Positions 9,921-18,947 of a DNA stretch of 64,000 nucleotides are shown here, piece by piece. Where the stretch lies: NCBI GenBank assembly GCA_038874595.1, contig JAVZCB010000002.1, positions 1 to 64,000 of the forward strand. Reading direction: 5' to 3'. Under the pieces are notes generated by a model, which was given only the letters and a program-made list of their open reading frames with translations, did no database searches and had not been told where the DNA came from. The DNA comes from Candidatus Micrarchaeia archaeon (lineage in GTDB: Archaea; Micrarchaeota; Micrarchaeia; CAILAH01). Numbering within the stretch: the stretch's first letter is position 1; each line of letters opens with the position of its first letter. A program made the translations under genes and the position numbers.

Positions 9921-10568
9921 TCAGAATACAAGCCATACAAGAAGTGCGCCTGCAACAGAGCATATGAAATTCGTTGTGTACTTGTTTCCGATGCCGCGCT
10001 CTTCAAGAATTCCAAAAATGCTATCTATAAACCCTCCCAGGAATCCTATCAGCCCTATAAAGAAGGCTACCTGGATAGGGATACCCAACAGGTAAACTGA
10101 GGATAATGAGATGACAAACGCACCGCTGAGGGATGCCATTGTCCCAAGCACGGATACTGCGCCACTCGTGCCTGGTTTTACCTTGCGCATCCCCCAAAGG
10201 AAGAATGGAATATCAAAAACACCAAGCTCTGATGCAAACTTGTCGGCTGTAACGCTCGCAATGCTTGCCACATATGCAAGAAGAAACATATTATCGCCGG
10301 TAAAGAATAGCGCAACGACCATAATTGTAGGCACAAGACCGTTTGAAATTACATTTTTCCAGCCGCGCTCACCCTCAAATATGTTGAGGCGCTTTTTTGA
10401 GCGCGCGCCATACTTTGTGGCAATAACACTAACAAGCAGGAATACAAACATAAGAAGTAACATCTGGATACCTTGCGGATAACCAAGAACCAGTATGATT
10501 ACACCCATCATGAGAGCAAGCAGGAACCCTGCCTTGTCAAGCATAAATGTACTCACCATTTCATCCAC
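9921..10568 (-). CDS. DUF92 integral membrane protein
   Basis: ERGWKNVISNG, ADKFASELG, PGTSGAVS, DSIFG motifs; multiple TM helices. Confidence 0.85.
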   Translation of the reverse strand: MDEMVSTFMLDKAGFLLALMMGVIILVLGYPQGIQMLLLMFVFLLVSVIATKYGARSKKRLNIFEGERGWKNVISNGLVPTIMVVALFFTGDNMFLLAYVASIASVTADKFASELGVFDIPFFLWGMRKVKPGTSGAVSVLGTMASLSGAFVISLSSVYLLGIPIQVAFFIGLIGFLGGFIDSIFGILEERGIGNKYTTNFICSVAGALLVWLVF

Positions 10569-10779
10569 CTATCTGAAATAATAACATTAGGGCATTTGGC
10601 CACACGCGGTAAGCAACCAAATAACATATACCCCAGTGCATTTGCTGCTACACGAATATTACTCATACAAACATTTATTTGTTGTATGCGTGCACTGCAA
10701 CATACATAGTATAGATGTATAAAAATTCCCATAGACAGAATCTTATTTTTGTGTGTGGTGTGGCATCATATAATAATTT

Positions 10780-11679
10780 TTACCTGTAATCGCCACCTAT
10801 AACATGAAACCCGTTTTTCTCGACGAGCACTGTGCACTCGTGCTGTGATACCATACTGCCAGGCTCCTCTGAAAGCGGTGGGTAGCTCACAAGCACCTCT
10901 GCCTGCTCCATATCCCTGAGTGCGTTCTGGATTGCAAAGCTGGACCTCTCAATCGCATGTAGCCACCTCTCAGCAAAAGGAAGTGTCTGGCGCTCTGTGT
11001 AAACCTTTGAGAGGATTTTGCGTGCCACCGCGTTGCGCACATTTTTCGGGTTAACTATCGCATATATCCCGGGCCTGCCGCGGTCGTGTACATATCCGTT
11101 GCCTGTTGATGCAAACGTTTCTATGGCAACCACCATCCCCTCAGTAAGCCGCTGCTGGATGTTGTTATCATGGTTTAATATGCTCACGCCTGCGTGCACC
11201 GTATACTGGCCAACCGTATGGCCTGTCAGGTTAAATATTGGATTGACATTATGCTCGCGCATCACAGAGTGTATCGCATGGCCAAGCTCTGCAATTGTTA
11301 CCCCATCTTTTACAAGCTCGACTGCGGCCTTGAGCGATTGGCGAGATGCCTCTTCAAGGTGCCTTAATGCTGGGTTGAGGCAGATTGTTGTTGCACAATC
11401 GCATATGTAGCCGTTCACGTGTACCCCAAAATCAATCTTGGATATTGAATTATCAGGTATAGTTGCCTTATCACCAAAGAGCGGTGCGTAGTGGGCTGCA
11501 TACTCATTAACAGCAACACTGCAAGGGAATGCTGGTTGTGCACCCAAATCAATAATTTCTTTCTCTATCTGGTCACAAATTTCTGCCAGCACAGCACCTG
11601 CCTTGACCTTGCTGCTCACTTTCTTAAGCACTTCATTTGCAATCTCTCCTGCTTTATCGTGATCCTTGCCTCCATACAT
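10780..11679 (-). CDS. map: Methionine aminopeptidase type II
   Basis: AAHY, KIDFGVHVNGYICD, NLTGH, AIETF, SQHE motifs. Confidence 0.93.
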   Translation of the reverse strand: MYGGKDHDKAGEIANEVLKKVSSKVKAGAVLAEICDQIEKEIIDLGAQPAFPCSVAVNEYAAHYAPLFGDKATIPDNSISKIDFGVHVNGYICDCATTICLNPALRHLEEASRQSLKAAVELVKDGVTIAELGHAIHSVMREHNVNPIFNLTGHTVGQYTVHAGVSILNHDNNIQQRLTEGMVVAIETFASTGNGYVHDRGRPGIYAIVNPKNVRNAVARKILSKVYTERQTLPFAERWLHAIERSSFAIQNALRDMEQAEVLVSYPPLSEEPGSMVSQHECTVLVEKNGFHVIGGDYR

Positions 11680-11801
11680 AATCAACACACTCTATTTATG
11701 ATAGATGAAAAAAGCTTATATGAATAGAAATACTCAAGCAAATTTTTCGCCATCTCAATACAGAAGTTTAAATAGTTTGTGATTGCTAATAAAACACAGA
11801 T

Positions 11802-12202
11802 GGCCGCGATGGTGCAATGGTAACATGGGGGGCTGTGGTGTGGTTTTCTTTTGGTGTTGTGCTAGCGCATTTCACCGAATGAAAACACCTAAAAACAAAC
11901 ACGGCCCTTTGCTCTTCGTGCAAATGGGCACGCAGAGATCCCCAGACCCGGGTTCGATACAGGGCCCCAGCGGGCCCCGTACCCCTTGCAACCATGAAAT
12001 ACAGGGCCCCAGCGGGCCCCGTACCCCTTGCAACCATGAAATACAGGGCCCCAGCGGGCCCCGTACCCCTTGCAACCATGAAATACAGGGCCCCAGCGGT
12101 GCACTTTTGCGATAGCAAAAGGCACCAACAAACCTTCAGGTTTGCTCGGCCCTGTACCACTTGCAATATTGTAGGGTATGTGCGAAAATCCCGGTCGCGG
12201 CC
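11802..12202 (+). tRNA. tRNA-His(GTG) with two introns: 99 nt at 37/38 (11839-11937) and 230 nt at T-loop 59/60 (11959-12188)
   Basis: Encoded G-1 and C73; acceptor GCCGCGA/TCGCGGC; anticodon GTG 11835-11837; BHB CTGT/GCAG; T-stem CCGGG/CCCGG split by an insert with TTCG/CGAA central helix. Confidence 0.9.
11957..12099 (+). repeat. 42-bp tandem repeat (3.4 copies) inside the tRNA-His T-loop intron
   Basis: ATACAGGGCCCCAGCGGGCCCCGTACCCCTTGCAACCATGAA at 11957, 11999 and 12041, partial at 12083. Confidence 0.95.
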
Positions 12203-12219
12203 TTCCTTTTTTTAATTCA

Positions 12220-12696
12220 TTAGCCTGCAACCTGCTGGCTTACACTCATTGACATCTTTATCAACAAGTCGCCTATGTATGATTCAAATGAGAAGCCGCA
12301 CTTCCTCCAAAACGCGAATGCGTGCTTGTTGCCGTTTACTACTGTAAGGTAAAGGCTTGTGATACCGTGAGATTGGGACCATTTAAGCGCTTCCTTGAAC
12401 AATTCAGTCATAATCCCATTTCCACGGTACCTCTCCTCAACATACGCTTCTGAAACCTTCCCATGCCCGTTTTCCTTTCTTGCAACCTTAATTATACCTA
12501 TTATGTTTCCATCTGATTCGGCTACAAAGTACGCACACCTACCTCTCTCCAAAAAATCATATGCCACGCGCTCCCGTATCTGGTCAGGGGAAGGCTTATT
12601 ATGTGTAAACTGGCTTTCAAATTCGGCCAGCTTGATGCATAATGTAATTACCTCCTCTATATCAAGGCTCGTGGCCTGCCGGATGCTGAACTTCAC
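12220..12696 (-). CDS. GNAT family N-acetyltransferase
   Basis: YVEERYRGNGI and N..A..FWRKCGF motifs. Confidence 0.85.
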   Translation of the reverse strand: MKFSIRQATSLDIEEVITLCIKLAEFESQFTHNKPSPDQIRERVAYDFLERGRCAYFVAESDGNIIGIIKVARKENGHGKVSEAYVEERYRGNGIMTELFKEALKWSQSHGITSLYLTVVNGNKHAFAFWRKCGFSFESYIGDLLIKMSMSVSQQVAG

Positions 12697-12727
12697 ATAT
12701 CAATTTAACGGCAAAAGCACAAAAGCG

Positions 12728-13702
12728 TTACTGTATTCGTGTTGAATAAGAAGAAAGGATACATTTCAAAAGGGTTATTCGTGATGCGGCATCCTTATTT
12801 TCAAGGGAGTACCCGCCCAAACGTCTAAGTATATTTTGTGTAAACGCCTCAACATCCTGCATCTCAGGCATGTTTTCTTTTTTGAGACGCCTGCGTGAAT
12901 AGCCAAGATGCATATAGGATTTTACTTCAACAAAATCTGGCTGTGCAAATGAGATTAATTTCGCAAAACCTTCAGCATCCGCATCAGAATCGTTCAGGCC
13001 CTTAATATGCGTAATACGGATTACCCTCCTTGTCCGGAACGTTTTCCAGATTTCCAGGGATTTCATAAGGCGCTCCCAGCCATCCCTGTAAAATGGCTGG
13101 CAAAGTTCATTATATTTCTCCTTGCAAGGCGCAACAAGTGATATGTAAAGCTGGGTTGGAAGCGCATCCTCATTCGCCAGGCGTTGCAGCATCTCAGGTT
13201 CTTGGCCGTTTGTTACCAGGAAAATTGTTTTTGTGTGGGGGCGCGCACGGATTGATTTTATCAGCTCTGGGAGTTTTGGGTATAATGTGGCCTCACCACT
13301 CAATGAGATTGCCCAGTGGTCAGGCTCGAGCGCCCGCTCCCACTGCATGCGCGGTGTGCGCACATCACCACCAAAGCCGTTTATCTGCTTCCTGCGCTCT
13401 GCAATGCACCCATTAATTATTAGCTCCGGAGAATCCATCTCACCAGTGAATTTAACCGGGTTTCTGAACATCTCCATTGGCCGCCAGCAATGCAGGCAGT
13501 TATGCTCACACCATGCCATTGCAGGGCTTATTTGTGCACAGCGGTCTGCGTGCACACCATAAAATTTCTCTTTATAGCACGTGCCACGGCCTGTTAGGGA
13601 TTTCTTTGTCCAGCCGCACACTTCAACGCCTGAATGCCTGCCCACTATACCGTAGTGCTTCTTCATGAAATTGGCCTTTAGCACATCATCAAGCGAAACC
13701 AT
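12728..13702 (-). CDS. taw1: 4-demethylwyosine synthase TYW1 (radical SAM)
   Basis: CYKEKFYG, CEHNCLHCWR, AISLSGEATLYP, VEVKSYM motifs. Confidence 0.93.
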   Translation of the reverse strand: MVSLDDVLKANFMKKHYGIVGRHSGVEVCGWTKKSLTGRGTCYKEKFYGVHADRCAQISPAMAWCEHNCLHCWRPMEMFRNPVKFTGEMDSPELIINGCIAERRKQINGFGGDVRTPRMQWERALEPDHWAISLSGEATLYPKLPELIKSIRARPHTKTIFLVTNGQEPEMLQRLANEDALPTQLYISLVAPCKEKYNELCQPFYRDGWERLMKSLEIWKTFRTRRVIRITHIKGLNDSDADAEGFAKLISFAQPDFVEVKSYMHLGYSRRRLKKENMPEMQDVEAFTQNILRRLGGYSLENKDAASRITLLKCILSSYSTRIQ

Positions 13703-13858
13703 ACAAAGAGTTGAAACACATAATTAATAAAAAAAGAAATTTGGCCATTGAGAGTTCTGCTTTCAGGGCATTTACAAAAATAAAACACAACTATTTGGCT
13801 AGAAAAACCATGTAAAAAGATTGCCTGTTTTAATTAAAAAAAGAATTAGGGATGCATT

Positions 13859-13924
13859 TTACTTTTTCTTGGAGGATTTCTTTTTTGCTGTTTTCTTTTT
13901 TGAGCCACAGCATTTACATGCCAT
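13859..13924 (-). CDS. Putative 21-aa Cys/Lys-rich microprotein MACKCCGSKKKTAKKKSSKKK
   Basis: Translated by hand; GGTGA SD 6 nt upstream; TATA-like TTTTTATATA ~35 nt upstream. Confidence 0.6.
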   Translation of the reverse strand: MACKCCGSKKKTAKKKSSKKK

Positions 13925-13989
13925 ATTTAATCACCAAATCCTATTCGTTGCATAAGTATATAAAAATAACTTCTGATTTCTGATATGAC

Positions 13990-14260
13990 TATGAGGAATT
14001 GCTTATACAAAAGCCAATAGATAACGTTGGCGCAATATCAGGGATGGCAAAAAGGTTCGAGAGAGCATACATCTATTAAATGCTGGGGATGTGGATAAGC
14101 TGCAAGCTTAAGGATTTGGGATTAAAACGGTTCAGGGAAAAGGGGCTGAAGCGTACTGATATTGGCACATATTGTGAAACAAAATGGCAATGGCAATTTA
14201 CAAGAAAAGTGGTTTGTGCCCACGGAGATTTGGCCGTGGAAAAAGATTGAAAAGTAAAAA
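13990..14260 (+). pseudogene. Possible decayed GNAT acetyltransferase remnant
   Basis: Fragments in different frames resemble GNAT motifs (LQA*GFG, FREKGLKR, AMAIYKKSGL). Confidence 0.25.
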
Positions 14261-14279
14261 GCAGGATAAGAATTGCCTT

Positions 14280-14648
14280 CTACCTCTCCTCATCTTCAAG
14301 CTCGAGCTCTTCCTCTTCAGCCTCGGTTTCTTCCAGCTCGTTCCACTCGTGCTCATACTCTTTGTCCCAATTAACCTCCCTCTTCTCATCCTCCTCCTCT
14401 TCGATAATCTCTTCTTCTTCGCTGTGAGTCAGCTCTTTCTCTTCCTCAAGCCTCTCTTCATAATTTTCGTGCATTGGAAATGCGGCTGCCTTTTGTGTCT
14501 TGCGCCTGCTTTTGTCCTTCTTAGGCTTTTTAGCTGTTGCGCGTGGCTTGCCAAGCTTTATAGATTTCTCTTTCTTTGCTGGATTTAAGGCCTTCTTTTT
14601 CAGTTTCTTGGCAGCTTGCTTTCTTGCCCTTTTTGCCTTGTGAGCCAT
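14280..14648 (-). CDS. Charge-segregated low-complexity protein (basic N-half, Glu-rich C-half)
   Basis: K/R/A-rich first ~55 aa, E-rich last ~60 aa; SD-like AGGTG upstream. Confidence 0.7.
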   Translation of the reverse strand: MAHKAKRARKQAAKKLKKKALNPAKKEKSIKLGKPRATAKKPKKDKSRRKTQKAAAFPMHENYEERLEEEKELTHSEEEEIIEEEEDEKREVNWDKEYEHEWNELEETEAEEEELELEDEER

Positions 14649-14708
14649 ACGAACACCTATCCCATTTCAAGCAAAAGGATTATTAATGTTGATTTTGCTA
14701 ATCCTCCA

Positions 14709-15311
14709 ATGGTGAGCTCTACAATAGAGGTAATAGGAAAGGGTGCAGAGGCATACATATACAAAGAGGGCGAATGTGCCGTTAAAGCCAGAGAAAAAAA
14801 GGATTATAGGCATCCTGCGCTGGACCTGGCACTCAGGAAAAAGAGGGCAAAAAAAGAAATGACTGCACTCAGAAAATGCTATGAGGCAGGGATACCGTGC
14901 CCGCGCCCCATATCACTTAGCGAAAGTACTATCATTATGGAGTATGTTGGTGGCGTGAGGTTGAGCGAGATATTTGAAACTGAAAGCCAAACGTCAAAGA
15001 AGAAATATGCGCAGGAGTGCGGCAGGCTTCTTGCAAGAATGCATTCAATTGGGATTTGCCATGGGGATTATGCACTCACAAACCTAATTTATAGCAACGG
15101 GGTTGTGCGCCCAATAGATTTTGGGCTTTGTGAGTTCTCAACATATCATGAAAAGAAGGCTGCGGACCTTGCCGTGATGTACAGCTCACTGGGTGATAGG
15201 GAAGTATTTAATGCGTTTATTGAAAGTTATAAGAAGGAATACGCTGATTCTGCACAGGTGATTGCAAGATTTGAAAAAAACTTAACACGCGGCAGATACA
15301 AGAAAAGGTGA
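14709..15311 (+). CDS. bud32: KEOPS kinase Bud32
   Basis: GKGAEA, K.YRHPALD, HGDY..TN, IDFGL motifs. Confidence 0.9.
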   Translation: MVSSTIEVIGKGAEAYIYKEGECAVKAREKKDYRHPALDLALRKKRAKKEMTALRKCYEAGIPCPRPISLSESTIIMEYVGGVRLSEIFETESQTSKKKYAQECGRLLARMHSIGICHGDYALTNLIYSNGVVRPIDFGLCEFSTYHEKKAADLAVMYSSLGDREVFNAFIESYKKEYADSAQVIARFEKNLTRGRYKKR

Positions 15312-15317
15312 TTCCCA

Positions 15318-16604
15318 CTGAAAATAAGATTTTATGGCGGGGCAGATGAAGTTGGGCGGAGCTGTATAGAAGTTATTGACGGTAGGAATTCACTTGTCAT
15401 GGATTACGGTGTTAAAATAGGAAAGGAGGAAGAGTACCCAATCATCAAAAAAGTACCAAAAAATATTGTAATAACACACGCACACCTTGACCATGCGGCA
15501 TACCTGCCGCACCTGTTTCGCAAAAGCAGGAAAACTGCTGTGTATATGACAAAGCCTACAAGGGACCTTATCCAGCTTATGATTGCAGACTATATGAGAG
15601 TAAGCAGGAACAATTTTGTTGATAATGGGAATGTCCTCAATAACATACTAAAAAATTGCAGGATTGCCGAGTATGGGGCTGTGGTAGATGCGGGAGTGAG
15701 GTTCAGCCTGCATAACTCGGGGCATATCCTTGGAAGCTCTTCCGTTTTGGTGTATAATGCAAAGGGGAACGTGCTGTACACATCTGATTTCAGCACGCGC
15801 GCATCAAGAATAATGGACCCTGCAGAGATGGGGCTTACTGCAAAAACTGCAATTGTTGAGAGCACTTATGGCGGAAAAGAGGATATGCTGCCTTCGAGCA
15901 AGGAGCTCGGCAAAAAGCTTATAGAGATAGTAAACCGCACACTTAAGAAAAACGGGCGGCTGCTCATACCCAGCTTTGCGGTTGGCAGGGGGCAGGAGCT
16001 CATACTAATGCTTGACTCTTATATGAAAGGGGGGCTGATAGAGCCTGCACCTATATACATAGATGGGATGATCAAGAAGGCTCTGCATATTTTCAGGCAT
16101 GATGTAATGTATGCACGAAAGGAGCTGCAGCATTCAATCCTATCAAGCGATTATGACCCTTTCAAGAGTAGGTACGTGTTCATCCCACAGAGCAGGGATA
16201 GGAAGGATGCAATAGAAGAAGGGAGCATTATCATCACAACATCAGGGATGCTGAAGGGAGGGCCTGTGATGACATACCTGAAAGAGCTGGCCGGGGATAA
16301 AAAGAACACACTGCTGTTTGTAGGGTACCAAGCGCCAGGGACGCCTGGGCGGGCAATAATAGATGGTACAAAAAGCATCCGGATACAAGGGCAGGAAGTA
16401 AAACTGAAAATGAAAGTTGAGATACTAAGGATGAGTGCACACGCTGACCACAACGGCCTTGTGCAATATTTAAATAATGTGAAGGGGTTGGAAAAGGTGT
16501 TTATTGTGCACGGTGAAGATAAAAAGCGGAAAGAGCTTGCAGAATCGCTCGACAAAAAATATGAAGTGTACCTTCCAAAAATCGGTGAGGAATTCAAGAT
16601 ATAA
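15318..16604 (+). CDS. Metallo-beta-lactamase/beta-CASP ribonuclease (aCPSF2-like), apparent CTG start
   Basis: HAHLDH, GHILGS, VESTYG, FAVGRGQE, SAHAD, VHGE; in-frame N-terminus KIRFYGGADEVGRSC begins at CTG 15318. Confidence 0.88.
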   Translation: MKIRFYGGADEVGRSCIEVIDGRNSLVMDYGVKIGKEEEYPIIKKVPKNIVITHAHLDHAAYLPHLFRKSRKTAVYMTKPTRDLIQLMIADYMRVSRNNFVDNGNVLNNILKNCRIAEYGAVVDAGVRFSLHNSGHILGSSSVLVYNAKGNVLYTSDFSTRASRIMDPAEMGLTAKTAIVESTYGGKEDMLPSSKELGKKLIEIVNRTLKKNGRLLIPSFAVGRGQELILMLDSYMKGGLIEPAPIYIDGMIKKALHIFRHDVMYARKELQHSILSSDYDPFKSRYVFIPQSRDRKDAIEEGSIIITTSGMLKGGPVMTYLKELAGDKKNTLLFVGYQAPGTPGRAIIDGTKSIRIQGQEVKLKMKVEILRMSAHADHNGLVQYLNNVKGLEKVFIVHGEDKKRKELAESLDKKYEVYLPKIGEEFKI

Positions 16605-16619
16605 CAAAAGCAGGGATGT

Positions 16620-16811
16620 TTACTTTATCTTGAGTGCATACTTGCCTGACATCTTAACATCCATCTGCTTGGCAAGTTCGGATGTTTCTGGATTAAGTAT
16701 TATAACAAACCCAGACCAGTTATCTGTGAGCTCGCTTGAGCCGCATGCTGGGCAGCTTTCTGCTCCGGTGCTCACATACCTGCATATTCTGCATGCCTTC
16801 TCAACACTCAT
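16620..16811 (-). CDS. spt4: Transcription elongation factor Spt4 (RpoE'')
   Basis: ACRICR...CPACGS, W.GFVII..PE.S..AK, GKYAL. Confidence 0.93.
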   Translation of the reverse strand: MSVEKACRICRYVSTGAESCPACGSSELTDNWSGFVIILNPETSELAKQMDVKMSGKYALKIK

Positions 16812-16828
16812 CTAAATTCACCTATACG

Positions 16829-17413
16829 CTACTCTTTCTTTTTCTTGGCGGCCTTCTCAGCACGGCCTTTTGCACCTTTTGTCTCCTTGTTCCACTCTTC
16901 CTTGCCAAGCCCGGGCGTCCTCATTGAGAGGCCAACCTTGGTCTCAAGAATTGTCGGTTTTATGCTCACTGTGATTATGCGTGCCTTAACAGTATCACCT
17001 TTCTTGAGAGTGCGCTTTGTATTCTTGCCTATGAGCTGTGCAGTCTTCCTGTCAAGCCGTACTATGTCATCTGTTACCTGCGAGAGATGAACAAGACCCT
17101 CAAGAGGCCCAAGTGACAAGAATGCCCCAAACTCAACAACTTCGGTCACTTCGCTCTCAACAATCTCGTTTATTTCTGGAAGATATGTTAGCATTTCAAA
17201 ATTTGCATCATAATATGCTGCGCCATCACCTGGCACAACATAGCCACCGCTTATATCGCGCACGCCTTGTATGCTGAGGACGACCCCCATATCAGTGTCC
17301 ATCTTCCGCTCATACTTCTCCCTTAAAATCTGGAGTATTGCATCCTCCTTTTTCATCGCGAACATCTCGGGCGGCACGCGGACTGTATCCATTATATTAT
17401 AAACCTTGTACAT
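16829..17413 (-). CDS. rpo7: RNA polymerase subunit Rpo7 (E')
   Basis: DTVRVPP, PGDGAAY, FGAF..LGP.EGLVHLSQ, MRTPGLGK motifs. Confidence 0.95.
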   Translation of the reverse strand: MYKVYNIMDTVRVPPEMFAMKKEDAILQILREKYERKMDTDMGVVLSIQGVRDISGGYVVPGDGAAYYDANFEMLTYLPEINEIVESEVTEVVEFGAFLSLGPLEGLVHLSQVTDDIVRLDRKTAQLIGKNTKRTLKKGDTVKARIITVSIKPTILETKVGLSMRTPGLGKEEWNKETKGAKGRAEKAAKKKKE

Positions 17414-17421
17414 CCTGACAC

Positions 17422-17805
17422 CTACGTGACTGCTATTTTGTTAGATTTAGTTATGCTTATAACTCTTATGCCACGCGCCCTGGCCGCTCTTGCGAGCCTG
17501 ATATCGACGGTGGCAATAAAGGGCTGTTTGAGCAGCCACTCATCCGGCTTTTCATATGAAGGGATTATTTTTATGCCCAGGCGACTGGCCAGCTTTAGTG
17601 CAAGTGCAGCATAGCCAGCCGCTGCCCGCGTTGAGCGCGAAATCAGCGATAGCTCGTTAATAACACCCTGGCTGGTGTAAAGGATTACTGGACCGTTGAG
17701 CGCTTCGCTTACCCTTTCCATTGGAATTTTCCTCTTCACCATAAATATAAGAAAGCTTGTGTCAACGGCAAGGCGCTGTTGCATAACCTTATTTATTTGA
17801 GGCAC
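17422..17805 (-). CDS. PIN-domain protein (Fcf1/Utp24-like)
   Basis: VDTSFL, V.NEL, ATVD..L; conserved position upstream of rpo7. Confidence 0.8.
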   Translation of the reverse strand: MPQINKVMQQRLAVDTSFLIFMVKRKIPMERVSEALNGPVILYTSQGVINELSLISRSTRAAAGYAALALKLASRLGIKIIPSYEKPDEWLLKQPFIATVDIRLARAARARGIRVISITKSNKIAVT

Positions 17806-17817
17806 TTATATATATCC

Positions 17818-18582
17818 ATGCCTGAGGGTGAAATCGAGGTTATCATTGACCCACGGAAAACCGTTAACGAGAATGCAAATGATTATTTTGAAGCTGCCAA
17901 AAAAGCAAAAGAGAAAGCAAAGAGGATACGCGAGATGATTGAGAGTGGGTTTGAGCTTGAGAATAAGAGTGCCGGGGCAAAAGAGGAAAAAGCAATGGCC
18001 AATGAAAAGCAGAAATGGTTTGAGCATTTCAGGTGGTTTTATTCCCAGAAGGGTTTCCTGGTTGTTGCAGGAAAAAACGCAAACCAGAATGAGAAGATTT
18101 ACAAAAGGGTAATGAGGGAGAATGACCTGTTTTTGCATGCGGAAATTGTGGGTGCGCCCTTCACAGTAATAAAAAACGGTCTTAACGCAGATGAAAGGAC
18201 TATTGCCGCGGCAGCACAGTTTGCAGCGAGCTATTCGCGTGCGTGGAAGTTTGGGTACGCATCTGTGGATGTTTATTCTGTAAGGAAAGAGCAGCTGACA
18301 AAAAAAGTGAGCGGGGCATATGTAAAAAAAGGAGGCATCATAATTACAGGTGAAAGGACGTGGTACAGAAATACGCCTCTTGGGCTGGCGGTTGGGTATT
18401 ACAATGATAAGTTGGCCTGTTTTCCTGTGATGTGCGCATCACTCCTAAAAAATCATGCTAAGATAGTTCCGGGGACACGTGAAAAGGAGGATGTTGCGAG
18501 AGAGATTGCACAAAAAATTGGTGCACGTGTGGATGATATAGTTGCACTGCTGCCAGCAGGAAACACTGCTATAATCAACTGA
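17818..18582 (+). CDS. NFACT RNA-binding domain protein (short Rqc2/FbpA-like)
   Basis: ENANDYF..AKK, WFEHFRWF, GKNA.QNE, FLHA...GAP, AASYSRAWK. Confidence 0.85.
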   Translation: MPEGEIEVIIDPRKTVNENANDYFEAAKKAKEKAKRIREMIESGFELENKSAGAKEEKAMANEKQKWFEHFRWFYSQKGFLVVAGKNANQNEKIYKRVMRENDLFLHAEIVGAPFTVIKNGLNADERTIAAAAQFAASYSRAWKFGYASVDVYSVRKEQLTKKVSGAYVKKGGIIITGERTWYRNTPLGLAVGYYNDKLACFPVMCASLLKNHAKIVPGTREKEDVAREIAQKIGARVDDIVALLPAGNTAIIN

Positions 18583-18750
18583 GCGCTTAAACTCAATTTG
18601 GCCATATGACCTGTTATAGCGACCTGCTCTTTAAGATTGCGCTAAAGCACAATATCCTCTATCTGTTGGCTCAACCATCTAAATATTTCTGGAAGAGGGT
18701 TATACCTCAATCAAATTATTTTTATTTCTTGCTCTTGTTAAAAATAGCAA

Positions 18751-18872
18751 GCTCCAATCGTCTAGTCCGGTTAAGGACACGGGCCTTTCAAGCCTGTAAC
18801 CCGGGTTCAAAGCAGGGCCTGCAGCCCGCACCTTTTGCAATGCTGGCGCCTGTGAAAGTCCCGGTTGGAGCT
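18751..18872 (+). tRNA. tRNA-Glu(TTC) with 47-nt T-loop intron at 59/60 (18812-18858)
   Basis: Acceptor GCTCCAA/TTGGAGC; anticodon TTC 18787-18789; strict BHB (TTCA/TGAA, outer CAGG/CCTG). Confidence 0.93.
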
Positions 18873-18947
18873 CTGATTTTTAAAAATGAGTGTTGAAAGC
18901 AAGATTAGGTAATATTTATATAATTGAAACCGCCTAACCATAACCCC

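Noticed and set aside
14133-14159. Short peptide QGKGAEAY identical to the Bud32 N-terminal motif
   Set aside because: Flanked by stops with no further kinase similarity; treated as coincidence.
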